A stretch of DNA of 64,000 nt from contig JAQUSJ010000001.1 in assembly GCA_028715175.1 (NCBI GenBank), positions 546,386 to 610,385 of the forward strand. Reading direction: 5' to 3'. This DNA is from Candidatus Daviesbacteria bacterium. GTDB taxonomy: Bacteria > Patescibacteriota > Microgenomatia > Daviesbacterales > UBA10151. Position numbers and translations under genes: made by a program. Positions within the stretch are counted from its first letter, which is position 1. Each line of letters opens with the position of its first letter. Below the pieces are notes generated by a model. The model worked only from the letters and a program-made list of their open reading frames with translations. It did not search any database and was not told where the DNA came from. Shown in pieces: positions 53,994-64,000 of this stretch.

Positions 53994-54990
53994 ATCTTAA
54001 CCCTGTAATTATCCTAAATTTTCTGTAATGCTCCAAAAGTTTAATTCCCCAAAGTACAAAATCACGGAATAGGGGAGGATATTTTTTGTAGTAGTGTTTT
54101 TTATAAAAAATCCTCATGGCAGAAACACCATGAACGGCAATTTTTAACCTTTTTTCTTTACTCACTTTTAACGCCGCTGTTTTCCAAAGACCCGAAGATG
54201 AACCTTTATAATGAATGATTTTTACTTCAGGATAAAAATAAATCTTCCAGCCTTTCATCTTTAGGCAGTAACAAAACTCGATATCCTCACCATTCCAGAA
54301 ATAATCCGTATCCCACCAGTTAATTTGATCTCCGGCAATTTTTCTAACCAGCAGAAATGCCCCTGTTGCACAGTCAATCTCGTGGGCTTTTCTAACGTCA
54401 AGATAAGAAACGGTATATCCGGAAAAAATAGGGGAGCGAGGAAAGAGTTTGGAAAGACCGGAAAAAAACATCAATGAATTCCATGGGGTAGGAAAACCCC
54501 TGTGACAGGAATAATCCAGTCTTCCGTCCGGTAATTCAACTCTACAAGTTAAAGCCCCATAATCGGGGTTGGAAAACAAAACTTCCAGCGATTTTTGGAT
54601 TACATGATCCACTATAACCGTATCCGGATTCAAAAATAAAACAACAGGAGCTTTGGCATATTTAACCCCTACATTGTTTCCGGCAGCGAATCCTAAATTC
54701 TCTCTATTTTCCACCAATTCAACTACGTTCCCACTTGACGAGTGGGAAGCTGTTTTGTATTTTTCTTTTACGGCTTCTACTGACCCATCAGAAGAAGCAT
54801 TATCCACCACAATTACCTGCCATCTATCCAGTTCACCTTTGCTTTGGAAAATAGATTCCAGACACCTCAGTAGCAGATCTTTGACATTATAGTTTAGGAT
54901 AATGATGGACAGCTCAGGATTTTCTAGACTTACCATGTAGGAATTATTGTATAACGACAGAAGTTTAATTACCAATCTAGAATTTGACAA
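53986..54990 (-). CDS. Family-2 glycosyltransferase, with a family-2 palindromic insert (ASHSSSGN)
   Basis: LSIIILNYNVKDLLLRCLESI...VVDNASSDGS; insert at 54728..54751. Confidence 0.8.
   Translation of the reverse strand: MSNSRLVIKLLSLYNNSYMVSLENPELSIIILNYNVKDLLLRCLESIFQSKGELDRWQVIVVDNASSDGSVEAVKEKYKTASHSSSGNVVELVENRENLGFAAGNNVGVKYAKAPVVLFLNPDTVIVDHVIQKSLEVLFSNPDYGALTCRVELPDGRLDYSCHRGFPTPWNSLMFFSGLSKLFPRSPIFSGYTVSYLDVRKAHEIDCATGAFLLVRKIAGDQINWWDTDYFWNGEDIEFCYCLKMKGWKIYFYPEVKIIHYKGSSSGLWKTAALKVSKEKRLKIAVHGVSAMRIFYKKHYYKKYPPLFRDFVLWGIKLLEHYRKFRIITGLRYE
54728..54751. repeat. Family-2 in-frame palindromic element (opposite orientation, loop tgacg) inside a GT2 gene
   Basis: Reverse-complement form of the 24-mer; encodes ASHSSSGN; shares the 3' flank gctgtttt with the glmS copy. 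Confidence 0.8.
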
Positions 54991-55020
54991 ATTACCCTAT
55001 AAGCATTAACATTCGCTATC

Positions 55021-55734
55021 ATGCCAACAGAAAGACCAGCGCTTACAAAAGAACAAGTTGCTCAGGCGGAAAGCAGGATAGGAATCACTCATCCTGTGCT
55101 TACTGTAATAGAAAACCATCTTCCTACACTCATTCAGCTCAGTAACGATTATCCCAAAACAAGCGATAATCAAGGACAAAGTCAATATATAAGAGAGCAT
55201 TACGGATTCCTGGCTGATGCATTTGTAGAAGCAGGTCCATACACTCTTGAACCACTCGATCTCATTGCAATTTGGTCTCGCGTAACAAGAGGAGTATTTC
55301 CATTATACGCCCGATACAGACTAGCTGGTATGGTTTCAAGTATCTATGCAATTCAAGGTGTTGAAAACCCAGAGTGGAGAAAATTCCCGAGACATTATCT
55401 TGAAACAGGTGAGTTACCTGAATGTGTCACAAGAGATAGAGGCGGATTACTATATGTGCAAAGTAGATTAAGACAGATTGGCGAAAGCCTAGAAGATATA
55501 GATTTCTATATTTATGGTACTAGAGAACCAGCTATGTCTTATGCCTTCCAGCTAGCCAAAAGAGAGGCAGAGGGCGACGAGGAGGCAAAGAAAAAGCTAG
55601 AAGCTTTGATACTTCATGAAAAAACTCATACGACACCGATATTAAGCGAACTTCTTGAGAATTTTGGCAATGGCTATGTGTCTCTCTACTGGCCAATCGA
55701 GAAGACCTTAGGAGTTCTAATTGAGACTACCTAA
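55021..55734 (+). CDS. Hypothetical protein
   Basis: 237-aa ORF; no motif. Confidence 0.45.
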   Translation: MPTERPALTKEQVAQAESRIGITHPVLTVIENHLPTLIQLSNDYPKTSDNQGQSQYIREHYGFLADAFVEAGPYTLEPLDLIAIWSRVTRGVFPLYARYRLAGMVSSIYAIQGVENPEWRKFPRHYLETGELPECVTRDRGGLLYVQSRLRQIGESLEDIDFYIYGTREPAMSYAFQLAKREAEGDEEAKKKLEALILHEKTHTTPILSELLENFGNGYVSLYWPIEKTLGVLIETT

Positions 55735-56137
55735 CTCTGTGGCGGCGTTTGACCCTAAGTTGGGCCAGGGATTTTTGCAGATTTGCAAAAGTCTCTGCAT
55801 ATTCTTCATCAGATAAAGTTTGGGTTAATGCTACCTCAGCCCGTTTTTTGGCTTCTTCAACAGCTCGTTCATCTATATCTGTGGCATAAGTTGCCAGATC
55901 TGTCATCACAGTCAAAGTATTATCCGCCACCTGCAAAAACCCGTCTCCGATTGCCATGGAATCTGCTTTGCCGTTTTTTTTAATCACCAGTTCTCCGGGT
56001 GAGAGCCTGGCCATCAAATTAGCATGATGGGGGAGTATGCCGATTTGCCCTTGCTGGGTTGAAACATTAACTTGTGAGACTTCCTCATCAAAAATAAGAC
56101 TTTCAGGAGTAACAATTTTCAACTGTAGCGAAGCCAT
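55727..56137 (-). CDS. atpC: ATP synthase F1 epsilon subunit
   Basis: LQLKIVTPESLIFDEEVSQVNVSTQQGQIGILPHHANLMARL. Confidence 0.85.
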   Translation of the reverse strand: MASLQLKIVTPESLIFDEEVSQVNVSTQQGQIGILPHHANLMARLSPGELVIKKNGKADSMAIGDGFLQVADNTLTVMTDLATYATDIDERAVEEAKKRAEVALTQTLSDEEYAETFANLQKSLAQLRVKRRHRVR

Positions 56138-56171
56138 ATATGATATTATACATTATTGTCTGGTGCGAAAT

Positions 56172-56540
56172 ATGAACATTCATACTTGCGAAGCAATTAT
56201 TGTCACCTGTATAGATTTTCGGTTTCAGGAATATATAAACAATTGGATTGCGGAAAATTTTGCAGCTAAAACATATGATAGGGTAGCAATAGCAGGAGGG
56301 GTATTTGATTTGGATTATATGTTAAAACAAGTGGATATCTCACGCACGCTGCACCATATTAAAAAAGTTATTTTAATAAACCACGAAGACTGTGGAGCAT
56401 ACGGAGAAGAAGGAACCCATGAACGGCATATCCAGGACTTGGAAGTTGCAAAAAATCAAATAGTAAATCTTGATAAAAACTTAAAGGTAGAAACAATTTA
56501 TCTTCACCTTGACAGCACTTTTGAAAAAGTCTCCAGCTAG
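56172..56540 (+). CDS. Beta-carbonic-anhydrase-like small protein (CxDxR / HxxC zinc-ligand motifs), antisense insert between atpD and atpC
   Basis: VTCIDFRF (CxDxR) and INHEDCGAYG (HxxCG). The table ORF starts at 56037 and overlaps atpC, so the internal ATG 56172 is used (122 aa, shorter than typical beta-CA). Confidence 0.4.
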   Translation: MNIHTCEAIIVTCIDFRFQEYINNWIAENFAAKTYDRVAIAGGVFDLDYMLKQVDISRTLHHIKKVILINHEDCGAYGEEGTHERHIQDLEVAKNQIVNLDKNLKVETIYLHLDSTFEKVSS

Positions 56541-56564
56541 TTCAGATAAAAACGAGTTAATTAC

Positions 56565-56798
56565 TTATCCTAAGTGGCTATCCCAACTTCTAATCAGCCT
56601 CCTTACTGCTTGAAGGTAGTTAAAAATTGGGTCAGACATACCTTCAGGCTTAATCCCTAACTCAAGATCCTTCTGATATGGTTCCAAATTCATTTTTATA
56701 TATGAAGAATATTCTCCACTGCTAAGCATCTCTTGCCAAGCACTATCAACTTCCTGCGAAACGGAGTCTTCAACCAATCTACGTTCAGTTCTTACCAT
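56565..56798 (-). CDS. Hypothetical small protein
   Basis: 77 aa, lying between atpD and the antisense gene; no motif. Confidence 0.3.
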   Translation of the reverse strand: MVRTERRLVEDSVSQEVDSAWQEMLSSGEYSSYIKMNLEPYQKDLELGIKPEGMSDPIFNYLQAVRRLIRSWDSHLG

Positions 56799-56839
56799 AA
56801 TAACAGCATTATATCAGTAAAGTGTTGTATGCAGTAATT

Positions 56840-58210
<1,371 letters not shown>

Positions 58211-58213
58211 TTA

Positions 58214-59155
58214 TTACTCCATAGCAAGCGCAGCCGTTGTTATTTCCAAAAGTTCTTTGGTAATTGAATCTTGTCGAGTTTGATTATAAGTAAGATTCAA
58301 ATCCTCCACAAGCTCTAAGGCACTGTCTGTGGCATTTTGCATAGCAATCATCCTGGCAGAATGTTCGGAAGCCTTAGTTTCCAGAAGAGACTGGTAAATT
58401 TTGATTTGAAGATGATGGACTAAAATATAATCCAATAATTTATCCGGATCCGGCTCAAAAAGAAATTCACTACCTCCTGTGTCATTCCCGCGCATGCGGG
58501 AATCTAATTCCGAACGAGACTCTTTTAATTGGATCCCTGCATCCGCAGGGATGACAGTTTCAAGATCAATGGGCAAGAGCTTAACTTTTAGGGCTTCCTG
58601 GCGGAGAGTTGAGCCGAAGTGAGGATAAACAATGTAAGCCTCTCCGATTTCTTTAGCTAAAAATGCATCCATCACCAGCTTTGCCAGCTGCGCTGCCTCT
58701 CTAAATGTCACTACATCCAAATTCTCAAAATCCGCCTGTAAATTTTTTCCGGACCTGGCTATAAAATTTCTGCCTTTCTTGCCAACCGTGTAAAAAACAG
58801 TATCAACAGAAAAAAATCCTGAAGCAGTTACTAACCTGAACAGATTAGTATTTAAAGCCCCGCACAGGCTTTTGTCTGTTGTCAGCAGAACCACTCCTGT
58901 TGTTTTTGTGTCGTTGCCGGAAAGCAAAGGATGAGATTCAATCTCTACCAAAGGCAAAAGCCTTTTTAAGGCTTCACCTAAATTAAAGCTGTAGGGCCTG
59001 CCGTTTAAAGCTTGGGATTGCGCCCGTTTCATTTTGGTTGCCGCCACCATCTGCATGGCTTTGGTAATCTGGGCTGTATTTTTAACAGACTTTATTCTTC
59101 TTCTTAGCTCTCTAGTGTTAGCCATAATGCTTAGTAATAAGTACAAAAGTAACAA
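58214..59155 (-). CDS. atpG: ATP synthase F1 gamma subunit with a ~25-aa insertion encoded by two palindromic elements
   Basis: N-terminal LRRRIKSVKNTAQITKAMQMVAATKMKRAQ. The insert VIPADAGIQLKESRSELDSRMRGNDTGG maps to the hairpins 58484..58503 and 58533..58552. Confidence 0.9.
   Translation of the reverse strand: MLLLYLLLSIMANTRELRRRIKSVKNTAQITKAMQMVAATKMKRAQSQALNGRPYSFNLGEALKRLLPLVEIESHPLLSGNDTKTTGVVLLTTDKSLCGALNTNLFRLVTASGFFSVDTVFYTVGKKGRNFIARSGKNLQADFENLDVVTFREAAQLAKLVMDAFLAKEIGEAYIVYPHFGSTLRQEALKVKLLPIDLETVIPADAGIQLKESRSELDSRMRGNDTGGSEFLFEPDPDKLLDYILVHHLQIKIYQSLLETKASEHSARMIAMQNATDSALELVEDLNLTYNQTRQDSITKELLEITTAALAME
58484..58503. repeat. Family-4 palindrome a (ATTCCCGC-gcat-GCGGGAAT) inside atpG
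   Basis: Perfect 8-bp stem / 4-nt loop; encodes DSRMRGN. Confidence 0.75.
58533..58552. repeat. Family-4 palindrome b (ATCCCTGC-atcc-GCAGGGAT) inside atpG
   Basis: Perfect 8-bp stem / 4-nt loop; encodes IPADAGI; same consensus ATYCCYGC-N4-GCRGGRAT as palindrome a. Confidence 0.75.
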
Positions 59156-59175
59156 GGCATAAGTTAGTTAACTTG

Positions 59176-60693
59176 TCACTTGTTACTTGTCTCTTTTTTA
59201 GCTCCTTTCATAAATATCCCTACAAATTCTTTAGTTATTTTCTCAAGTTCGCGAACTATCTTCTCATCCAATTCTTTCTTGGATGCTATTTCAGCAAGCA
59301 GTTTTTTCTCCCGAAGTTTAATATGAGCGATATACTTTTGTTCAAATTCCCGCACCTTATCAACTTCTATCTCATCCAAAAACCCGTTTGTGACTGCCCA
59401 AAGAGAAACCACTTGTTCTTCAACCGGAACAGGATTAAACGGAGCCTGCTTTAAGATTTCCGTAATCCTTTTTCCCCGTTCTATCTGGGATTTTGTGGCG
59501 GCATCCAAATCTGAGGAAAATTGGGCAAAAGCTTGCAAAGCCCTGAATTGGGCCAAATCTAACCGGAGTTTTCCTGCCACTGCCTTCATAGCTTTTATTT
59601 GAGCATCACCGCCAACCCTGGAAACAGATAAACCCACGTTAACAGCCGGCCTGATTCCGGCAAAAAACAGGTCTGATTCTAAATAGATCTGTCCATCGGT
59701 TATTGATATAACATTGGTCGGAATATACGCTGAAACATCACCTGCTTGTGTCTCAATAATCGGCAGGGCAGTAAACGATCCCCCTCCGAAGTCTTTGTTT
59801 AGTTTTGCAGCCCGCTCGAGTAATCTGGAGTGAAGATAAAATACGTCTCCGGGATAAGCTTCACGGCCTGACGGACGCCGAAGAAGCAGCGACATTTGTC
59901 TGTATGCCCAGGCATGTTTGGAAAGGTCATCGTAAATAATTAAAGCTTCCCTGCCTTGATCCATAAAATATTCACCCATGGCACAACCGCTGTATGGAGC
60001 CAGATACTGCATGGTGGCAGAATCAGAAGCGGAGGCGGAAACTACAATGGTGTGTTCCATGGCTCCGGATTCCTCCAATTTAGCTACCAGTTGGGCAACT
60101 TTGGAAGTTTTCTGACCGATTGCAACATAAATACAAATAACGTCTTTTTGATTAATAATCGTATCTATAGCAATGGTAGTTTTGCCGGTATTTCTATCAC
60201 CAATAATAAGCTCCCGCTGCCCCCGGCCAATCGGGATCATGGCATCAATTGCTTTAATGCCTGTTTGCAGCGGAGTATTGACTGATTGCCGGGTAATAAC
60301 ACCGGGCGCAATCTTTTCCACCGGGTAATGGTCTTTAACCTTGATTACCCCTTTACCGTCAATTGGATTGCCCAAAGCATCAACAACACGGCCAATTAAT
60401 TCTTTGCCAACCGGAACCTGTAAAACAGTACTTGTAGTTTTGACTTTGTCTCCCTCTTTTACTTTTGTAAAATCCCCAAAAATAACTGCCCCGACATTAT
60501 ATTGTTCCAAATTCAAAGCCAGGCCATAAATCCCATTACCAAAATCAATCAGTTCAGAGTATTGAACATCCGATAAACCTTCAATCCTTGCTACTCCGTC
60601 ACCAATTTCAGTAACCACACCCGCATTTTCTCTCTGAGCTTTAAGTTTAAGTCCTTTTATTTGATTTTCTATATCGGCAATTAAATCAGCCAC
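59176..60693 (-). CDS. atpA: ATP synthase F1 alpha subunit
   Basis: GDRNTGKTT (P-loop); 505 aa. Confidence 0.95.
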   Translation of the reverse strand: MADLIADIENQIKGLKLKAQRENAGVVTEIGDGVARIEGLSDVQYSELIDFGNGIYGLALNLEQYNVGAVIFGDFTKVKEGDKVKTTSTVLQVPVGKELIGRVVDALGNPIDGKGVIKVKDHYPVEKIAPGVITRQSVNTPLQTGIKAIDAMIPIGRGQRELIIGDRNTGKTTIAIDTIINQKDVICIYVAIGQKTSKVAQLVAKLEESGAMEHTIVVSASASDSATMQYLAPYSGCAMGEYFMDQGREALIIYDDLSKHAWAYRQMSLLLRRPSGREAYPGDVFYLHSRLLERAAKLNKDFGGGSFTALPIIETQAGDVSAYIPTNVISITDGQIYLESDLFFAGIRPAVNVGLSVSRVGGDAQIKAMKAVAGKLRLDLAQFRALQAFAQFSSDLDAATKSQIERGKRITEILKQAPFNPVPVEEQVVSLWAVTNGFLDEIEVDKVREFEQKYIAHIKLREKKLLAEIASKKELDEKIVRELEKITKEFVGIFMKGAKKETSNK

Positions 60694-61078
60694 TGATTAC
60701 CTCCTTCACCTGGTTAATTCCCCCTAAAATCGATTCATCCCAAATCTCATCACCTACTTTTAATTTAAATCCGCCCAAGATTTCCGGGTTAATACTCACT
60801 AAAACTTTAGTGATTTCAGCTTTTTTCTCCATCAGCTTTTTTACCTTCTTAATTTGAGCAGGGGAGAGCGGCACCACTGTTTCGATATATAATGTATGTT
60901 CTCTTTCAATTCTTCGTATTCCTTTCAAATATTCCAATAAAGCATGAATCGCTTCATGCCTTGGTAGAAATTTGAGGGCTTTAATTGACCCGGTCACTTG
61001 ATGCTCAAGCATTCTGCCGTCTTTAAAGCTGCCGTTCACCAATTTAGCGACCTTTTTTCGTAACTCTTTTTTTGTCAT
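60686..61078 (-). CDS. atpH: ATP synthase F1 delta (OSCP) subunit, short form
   Basis: Lies between atpF and atpA and overlaps both; 130 aa. Confidence 0.7.
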   Translation of the reverse strand: MTKKELRKKVAKLVNGSFKDGRMLEHQVTGSIKALKFLPRHEAIHALLEYLKGIRRIEREHTLYIETVVPLSPAQIKKVKKLMEKKAEITKVLVSINPEILGGFKLKVGDEIWDESILGGINQVKEVISG

Positions 61079-61569
61079 GACAAGTTTTTAACACTCCTTT
61101 CAATTATCTCTCTTTGGTCTTTTTTGTTTAAAATCTTACCTGTTACTTTTTGTAATCCTACTGCCACAATCTCCGCTACCTTATTCATTACTTCCTGCTG
61201 CATTTTTGCAGTTTCAGCGCGAGCAGCTTCTTCGCTCTTTTTAATTAACTCTTCAGCCATTCTGCCGGCCCTTATTTTGGTCTCCTCAAGATACAATACA
61301 CCTTCTTTTTTTGATTCATCAATTATTTTCTGCGCTTCGTTTGCAGCTTTACCGATCATAGCATCTATTTTCTCATTGGTTTCCTGCAATCTTTTCTCAA
61401 TCTCTTCCGCATTTTTTAAACTTTCTGCGATCCTTTTTTTACGCTCCTCTAAAACTTTTAAGATTGGCTTATACATAAACTTCTTCAAGATAAAAAGAAG
61501 TATCGCAAAATTAACTGCCTGCGCGGCTAAAAGTATTGGATTTATCCCAAATTCGTTTAATATTTCCAT
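61075..61569 (-). CDS. atpF: ATP synthase Fo b subunit
   Basis: N-terminal TM INPILLAAQAVNFAILLFILKKFMY plus a long coiled-coil. Confidence 0.8.
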   Translation of the reverse strand: MEILNEFGINPILLAAQAVNFAILLFILKKFMYKPILKVLEERKKRIAESLKNAEEIEKRLQETNEKIDAMIGKAANEAQKIIDESKKEGVLYLEETKIRAGRMAEELIKKSEEAARAETAKMQQEVMNKVAEIVAVGLQKVTGKILNKKDQREIIERSVKNLS

Positions 61570-61646
61570 AAATAGCTATCAGCCATCAGACATCAGTCGT
61601 CAGACAATCACAATAAATCTGATAGCTGAAGACTGAAAGCTGACGA
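61570..61646 (-). repeat. Structured leader repeat, copy Y (atpE-atpF spacer), same family as 38271..38350
   Basis: Minus-strand AATAGTCGTCAGCTTTCAGTCTTCAGCTATCAGAT...TCTGACGACTGA...ATG(atpF); the plus strand shows interleaved inverted repeats tagctatcag/ctgatagct and cagtcgtcag/ctgacgactat. Confidence 0.6.
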
Positions 61647-61874
61647 CTATTTAATAAACGCTATCACCAAAGCATAAATGGCAATAGCTTCTGCAAAGGC
61701 CATGCCTAAAAGCATAACCGGCAAAATTTTAGTCTGTGCGTCTGGATTTCGGCCAATTGCTTCCATTGCTTTCATACCAATAATACCGATGGCTAAAGCC
61801 GGAAACATTGCTCCCAATGCAATAGTGAAACCTGATGCAAAATTTTCTGGCATTTTATCTCCTTTCTCGTCCAA
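61647..61874 (-). CDS. atpE: ATP synthase Fo c subunit
   Basis: GIIGMKAMEAIGRNPDA...LGMAFAEAIAIYALVIAF. Confidence 0.9.
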   Translation of the reverse strand: MDEKGDKMPENFASGFTIALGAMFPALAIGIIGMKAMEAIGRNPDAQTKILPVMLLGMAFAEAIAIYALVIAFIK

Positions 61875-61898
61875 AGGACGACTAATCTTTGGCTAATT

Positions 61899-62618
61899 TT
61901 AATGCGCTTCGTGTTTTTCTGACAATAACACCATAAAAACAAGCGTCAACATCATAAAAACAGCCGCCTGTACAAATCCTACAATAATTTCCAGAAAATA
62001 AAAAGGGAGCGGCGCTATAAAAGCAAAAATCGATGAAACTGTTGATAGCACCACTTCACCTGCAAATATATTACCAAAAAGCCTGAAAGATAAGGATACT
62101 ATTTTAGTCAACTCGGAAACGATCTCCAAAATTCCCACGAATAAAAATATCGGGTTTAAACTAAACCATTTACTTAAGTAACCTAAAAAACCCAGGTATC
62201 TTATTGCAAAAGAATGGGTTAAAAAAGCAGAAGTCAAGGCCAGAGCTAAAGTCATATTTAAATCAGAATTCATGGAACGAAGCAGCGGCTCTTTATCAAA
62301 AGTAATGGTTGCAAACCCTGGCAAAAGTCCGATCCAGTTTGCGGCCAAAATAAACAAAAAAAAGGTCATGACCACCGGAAAAAACACTTTGGCTTTTTTT
62401 TCTCCTGCCAAATCCGAAACTGTAGTGTATCCAAAATCTAACACCATCTCAAATAGATTTTGTAAACCGGAGGGAACAAGTTGCACCTTGCGGGTAGCAA
62501 GGATTGACAAGACAACAAGAATAAACATTGTGATCCAGCTTACCAAAAGAGTATTGGTGATCGGGAGATTTTTAAAATACCCCAAAATTTCAGGTTTTAA
62601 GACTATTGCACTTTCCAT
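61899..62618 (-). CDS. atpB: ATP synthase Fo a subunit
   Basis: Polytopic; the conserved Arg region ...FRLFGNIFAGEV... Confidence 0.85.
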   Translation of the reverse strand: MESAIVLKPEILGYFKNLPITNTLLVSWITMFILVVLSILATRKVQLVPSGLQNLFEMVLDFGYTTVSDLAGEKKAKVFFPVVMTFFLFILAANWIGLLPGFATITFDKEPLLRSMNSDLNMTLALALTSAFLTHSFAIRYLGFLGYLSKWFSLNPIFLFVGILEIVSELTKIVSLSFRLFGNIFAGEVVLSTVSSIFAFIAPLPFYFLEIIVGFVQAAVFMMLTLVFMVLLSEKHEAH

Positions 62619-62700
62619 GATTCTCTCCTGTCATCCCGTACTTGATACGGGATCTATATAGATATTGTGCTTGAATTCCCAACATTTTACAAGAAGAAAA

Positions 62701-63984
62701 TTAATCTAATTTTTCCCTTTGCGTCCTAAGGAAGAGGAACCATTGTTCAAAAAAGGCAAAAATTCCTTTGAATGGAGTTTCAATTATAAAATCAAATATA
62801 AAAAGAATTATGTTTATTTGTGAGATTGCCATCGTTAATCTTCTTCCGACCTGTATAACAGGCAGGAAGAAAAAGTTAAAAAATAAAGAGCCAAAATTAT
62901 CCTTCCTATCCTTCATGGTATACATATTGGCTGTCCGATTTATCCGATATGTCACAAACGATACAATTGCCAAGAAAAAGATAAAGATAGCCTGAGAAAG
63001 TGGATTAACGTGCAGCTTGGTCAAAATAAACACCATCGCCCCAAAGCTTACAACAAAAGTGGTAAGCCAAAGTAGGATAAACAGTGTCCAAAACACCGGC
63101 CCTGTTTTGCCAGGTTTTTTCTTAACCGCTAAAGGCGGATCTAACTCCGGAGGATCATCATATAAAATAGTATCTATTTTTCGGAGGATTCTCATTGAAT
63201 TATCTCTACCTGGACTTTTAATGAAAAACCCAACTATGATCATCAGAAGCGGCGGCGTGAGAGTATTTAATGCCATGGATGACCATATTACATAACCGTA
63301 AATGAATCTTTCAAAAGTTCCTTCCACAAGCAAAGCAAAAATTGCTTTTGTAAAAAATATAAAAATAACGCTCCTGATAATAGCTCTTCTGACTTTCCCT
63401 GCAATTGTCTTATATCTGAAATTGCAGGCTGAAAGCACCTCCGCATTCATAAGGTCTTCATCTGCTGCCAGCGCAGAAGCTTTTCCCCGATGTTTTCTTA
63501 AAACATCATCCAGAATCAAAAAGGGGATAACCTGGTTTTTAATGTATGTGTAAATCTTATCTTTGGCAGGATGTTTAAATTGATATTCTATTTGTGCCAG
63601 TGCTTTTGGAAAATGTTCAGCGATTTTGTCTAGATTGTCTTTATTTAATCTTTCAAAATACTGTTTGAATAAATGGTAGCGGAGGAGTGCCAAATCATCA
63701 CTGGCATATGCCCTTCTTGCAGCTATAAAAACCTGTAAATCCCGGGTTTCTTCAGAATCATCAGATATTGCAATTTTGTCCTTAAAAATCCTAAATATGA
63801 AGTTGCTCATGATATCTTTTGGATCATTTGGCTTTAGAATATGTTCAATTTCCGAAGACAAAAGATTCAAAATCCATTCACTTATTAATCCTTTGTTTAT
63901 GCGGTGCTTTTTATCGATCTCTGCCTCTAAATTCAAGTACAAATCTATAATCTCTGCGACTTCTGTTACTAAAGACTCCGGCAC
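62701..63984 (-). CDS. Hypothetical membrane protein upstream of the atp operon
   Basis: 427 aa with C-terminal TM helices; start near the window edge. Confidence 0.45.
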   Translation of the reverse strand: MPESLVTEVAEIIDLYLNLEAEIDKKHRINKGLISEWILNLLSSEIEHILKPNDPKDIMSNFIFRIFKDKIAISDDSEETRDLQVFIAARRAYASDDLALLRYHLFKQYFERLNKDNLDKIAEHFPKALAQIEYQFKHPAKDKIYTYIKNQVIPFLILDDVLRKHRGKASALAADEDLMNAEVLSACNFRYKTIAGKVRRAIIRSVIFIFFTKAIFALLVEGTFERFIYGYVIWSSMALNTLTPPLLMIIVGFFIKSPGRDNSMRILRKIDTILYDDPPELDPPLAVKKKPGKTGPVFWTLFILLWLTTFVVSFGAMVFILTKLHVNPLSQAIFIFFLAIVSFVTYRINRTANMYTMKDRKDNFGSLFFNFFFLPVIQVGRRLTMAISQINIILFIFDFIIETPFKGIFAFFEQWFLFLRTQREKLD

Positions 63985-64000
63985 CGATGAATCAGGAAAA

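Noticed and set aside
59156-59200. Inverted repeat aagtaacaag/cttgttact at the atpA-atpG junction
   Set aside because: Short, and it overlaps the atpA stop and C-terminal codons; plausible weak hairpin but not distinctive.

Overview
This is a low-GC (~38%) bacterial window with small-genome, CPR/Patescibacteria-like traits. ThrRS lacks its N-terminal editing domain, pheT is short (565 aa), Shine-Dalgarno signals are sparse, and there are many hypothetical membrane proteins; the lineage call is inference only. Conserved backbone: an ATP synthase operon (atpBEFHAGDC, minus strand, 55.7-62.6 kb) with an antisense gene inserted between atpD and atpC; thrS-infC-rpmI-rplT-pheS-pheT; glmS; PBP1A; murT-gatD; pyrD; two GH73-like glucosaminidase paralogs; a MacA/MacB-like efflux operon; three GT2 glycosyltransferases; and 11 tRNA genes plus one tRNA 3' fragment. 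Accessory content falls into three groups. (1) A ~10.4-kb integrated element (364..10740) is bounded by a 16-bp direct repeat of the tRNA-Gly(UCC) 3' end. A large serine recombinase gene reads into the tRNA. Cargo is a convergent pair of a 1091-aa SF2/DEAH helicase with a C-terminal nuclease-like domain and a 261-aa PD-(D/E)xK-like protein (Hachiman-like hypothesis), plus a standalone RarA C-terminal-domain protein, a topoisomerase-type zinc-ribbon protein, and XRE and RHH regulators. (2) A C-R-M Type II restriction-modification operon lies beside tRNA-Pro/Leu. (3) A Fic gene is bracketed exactly by two perfect 34-bp direct repeats that supply its ATG and its TAA in different frames. The most unusual signal is genome-wide: at least four families of short perfect hairpin elements sit in-frame inside conserved genes (pheT twice, glmS, atpG twice, two GT2 genes, murT, a membrane protein). 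They add 5-25 residues without breaking the reading frame, which recalls Rickettsia palindromic elements (RPEs). An ~80-nt structured leader repeat occurs directly 5' of gatD and atpF. No CRISPR array or rRNA is present.
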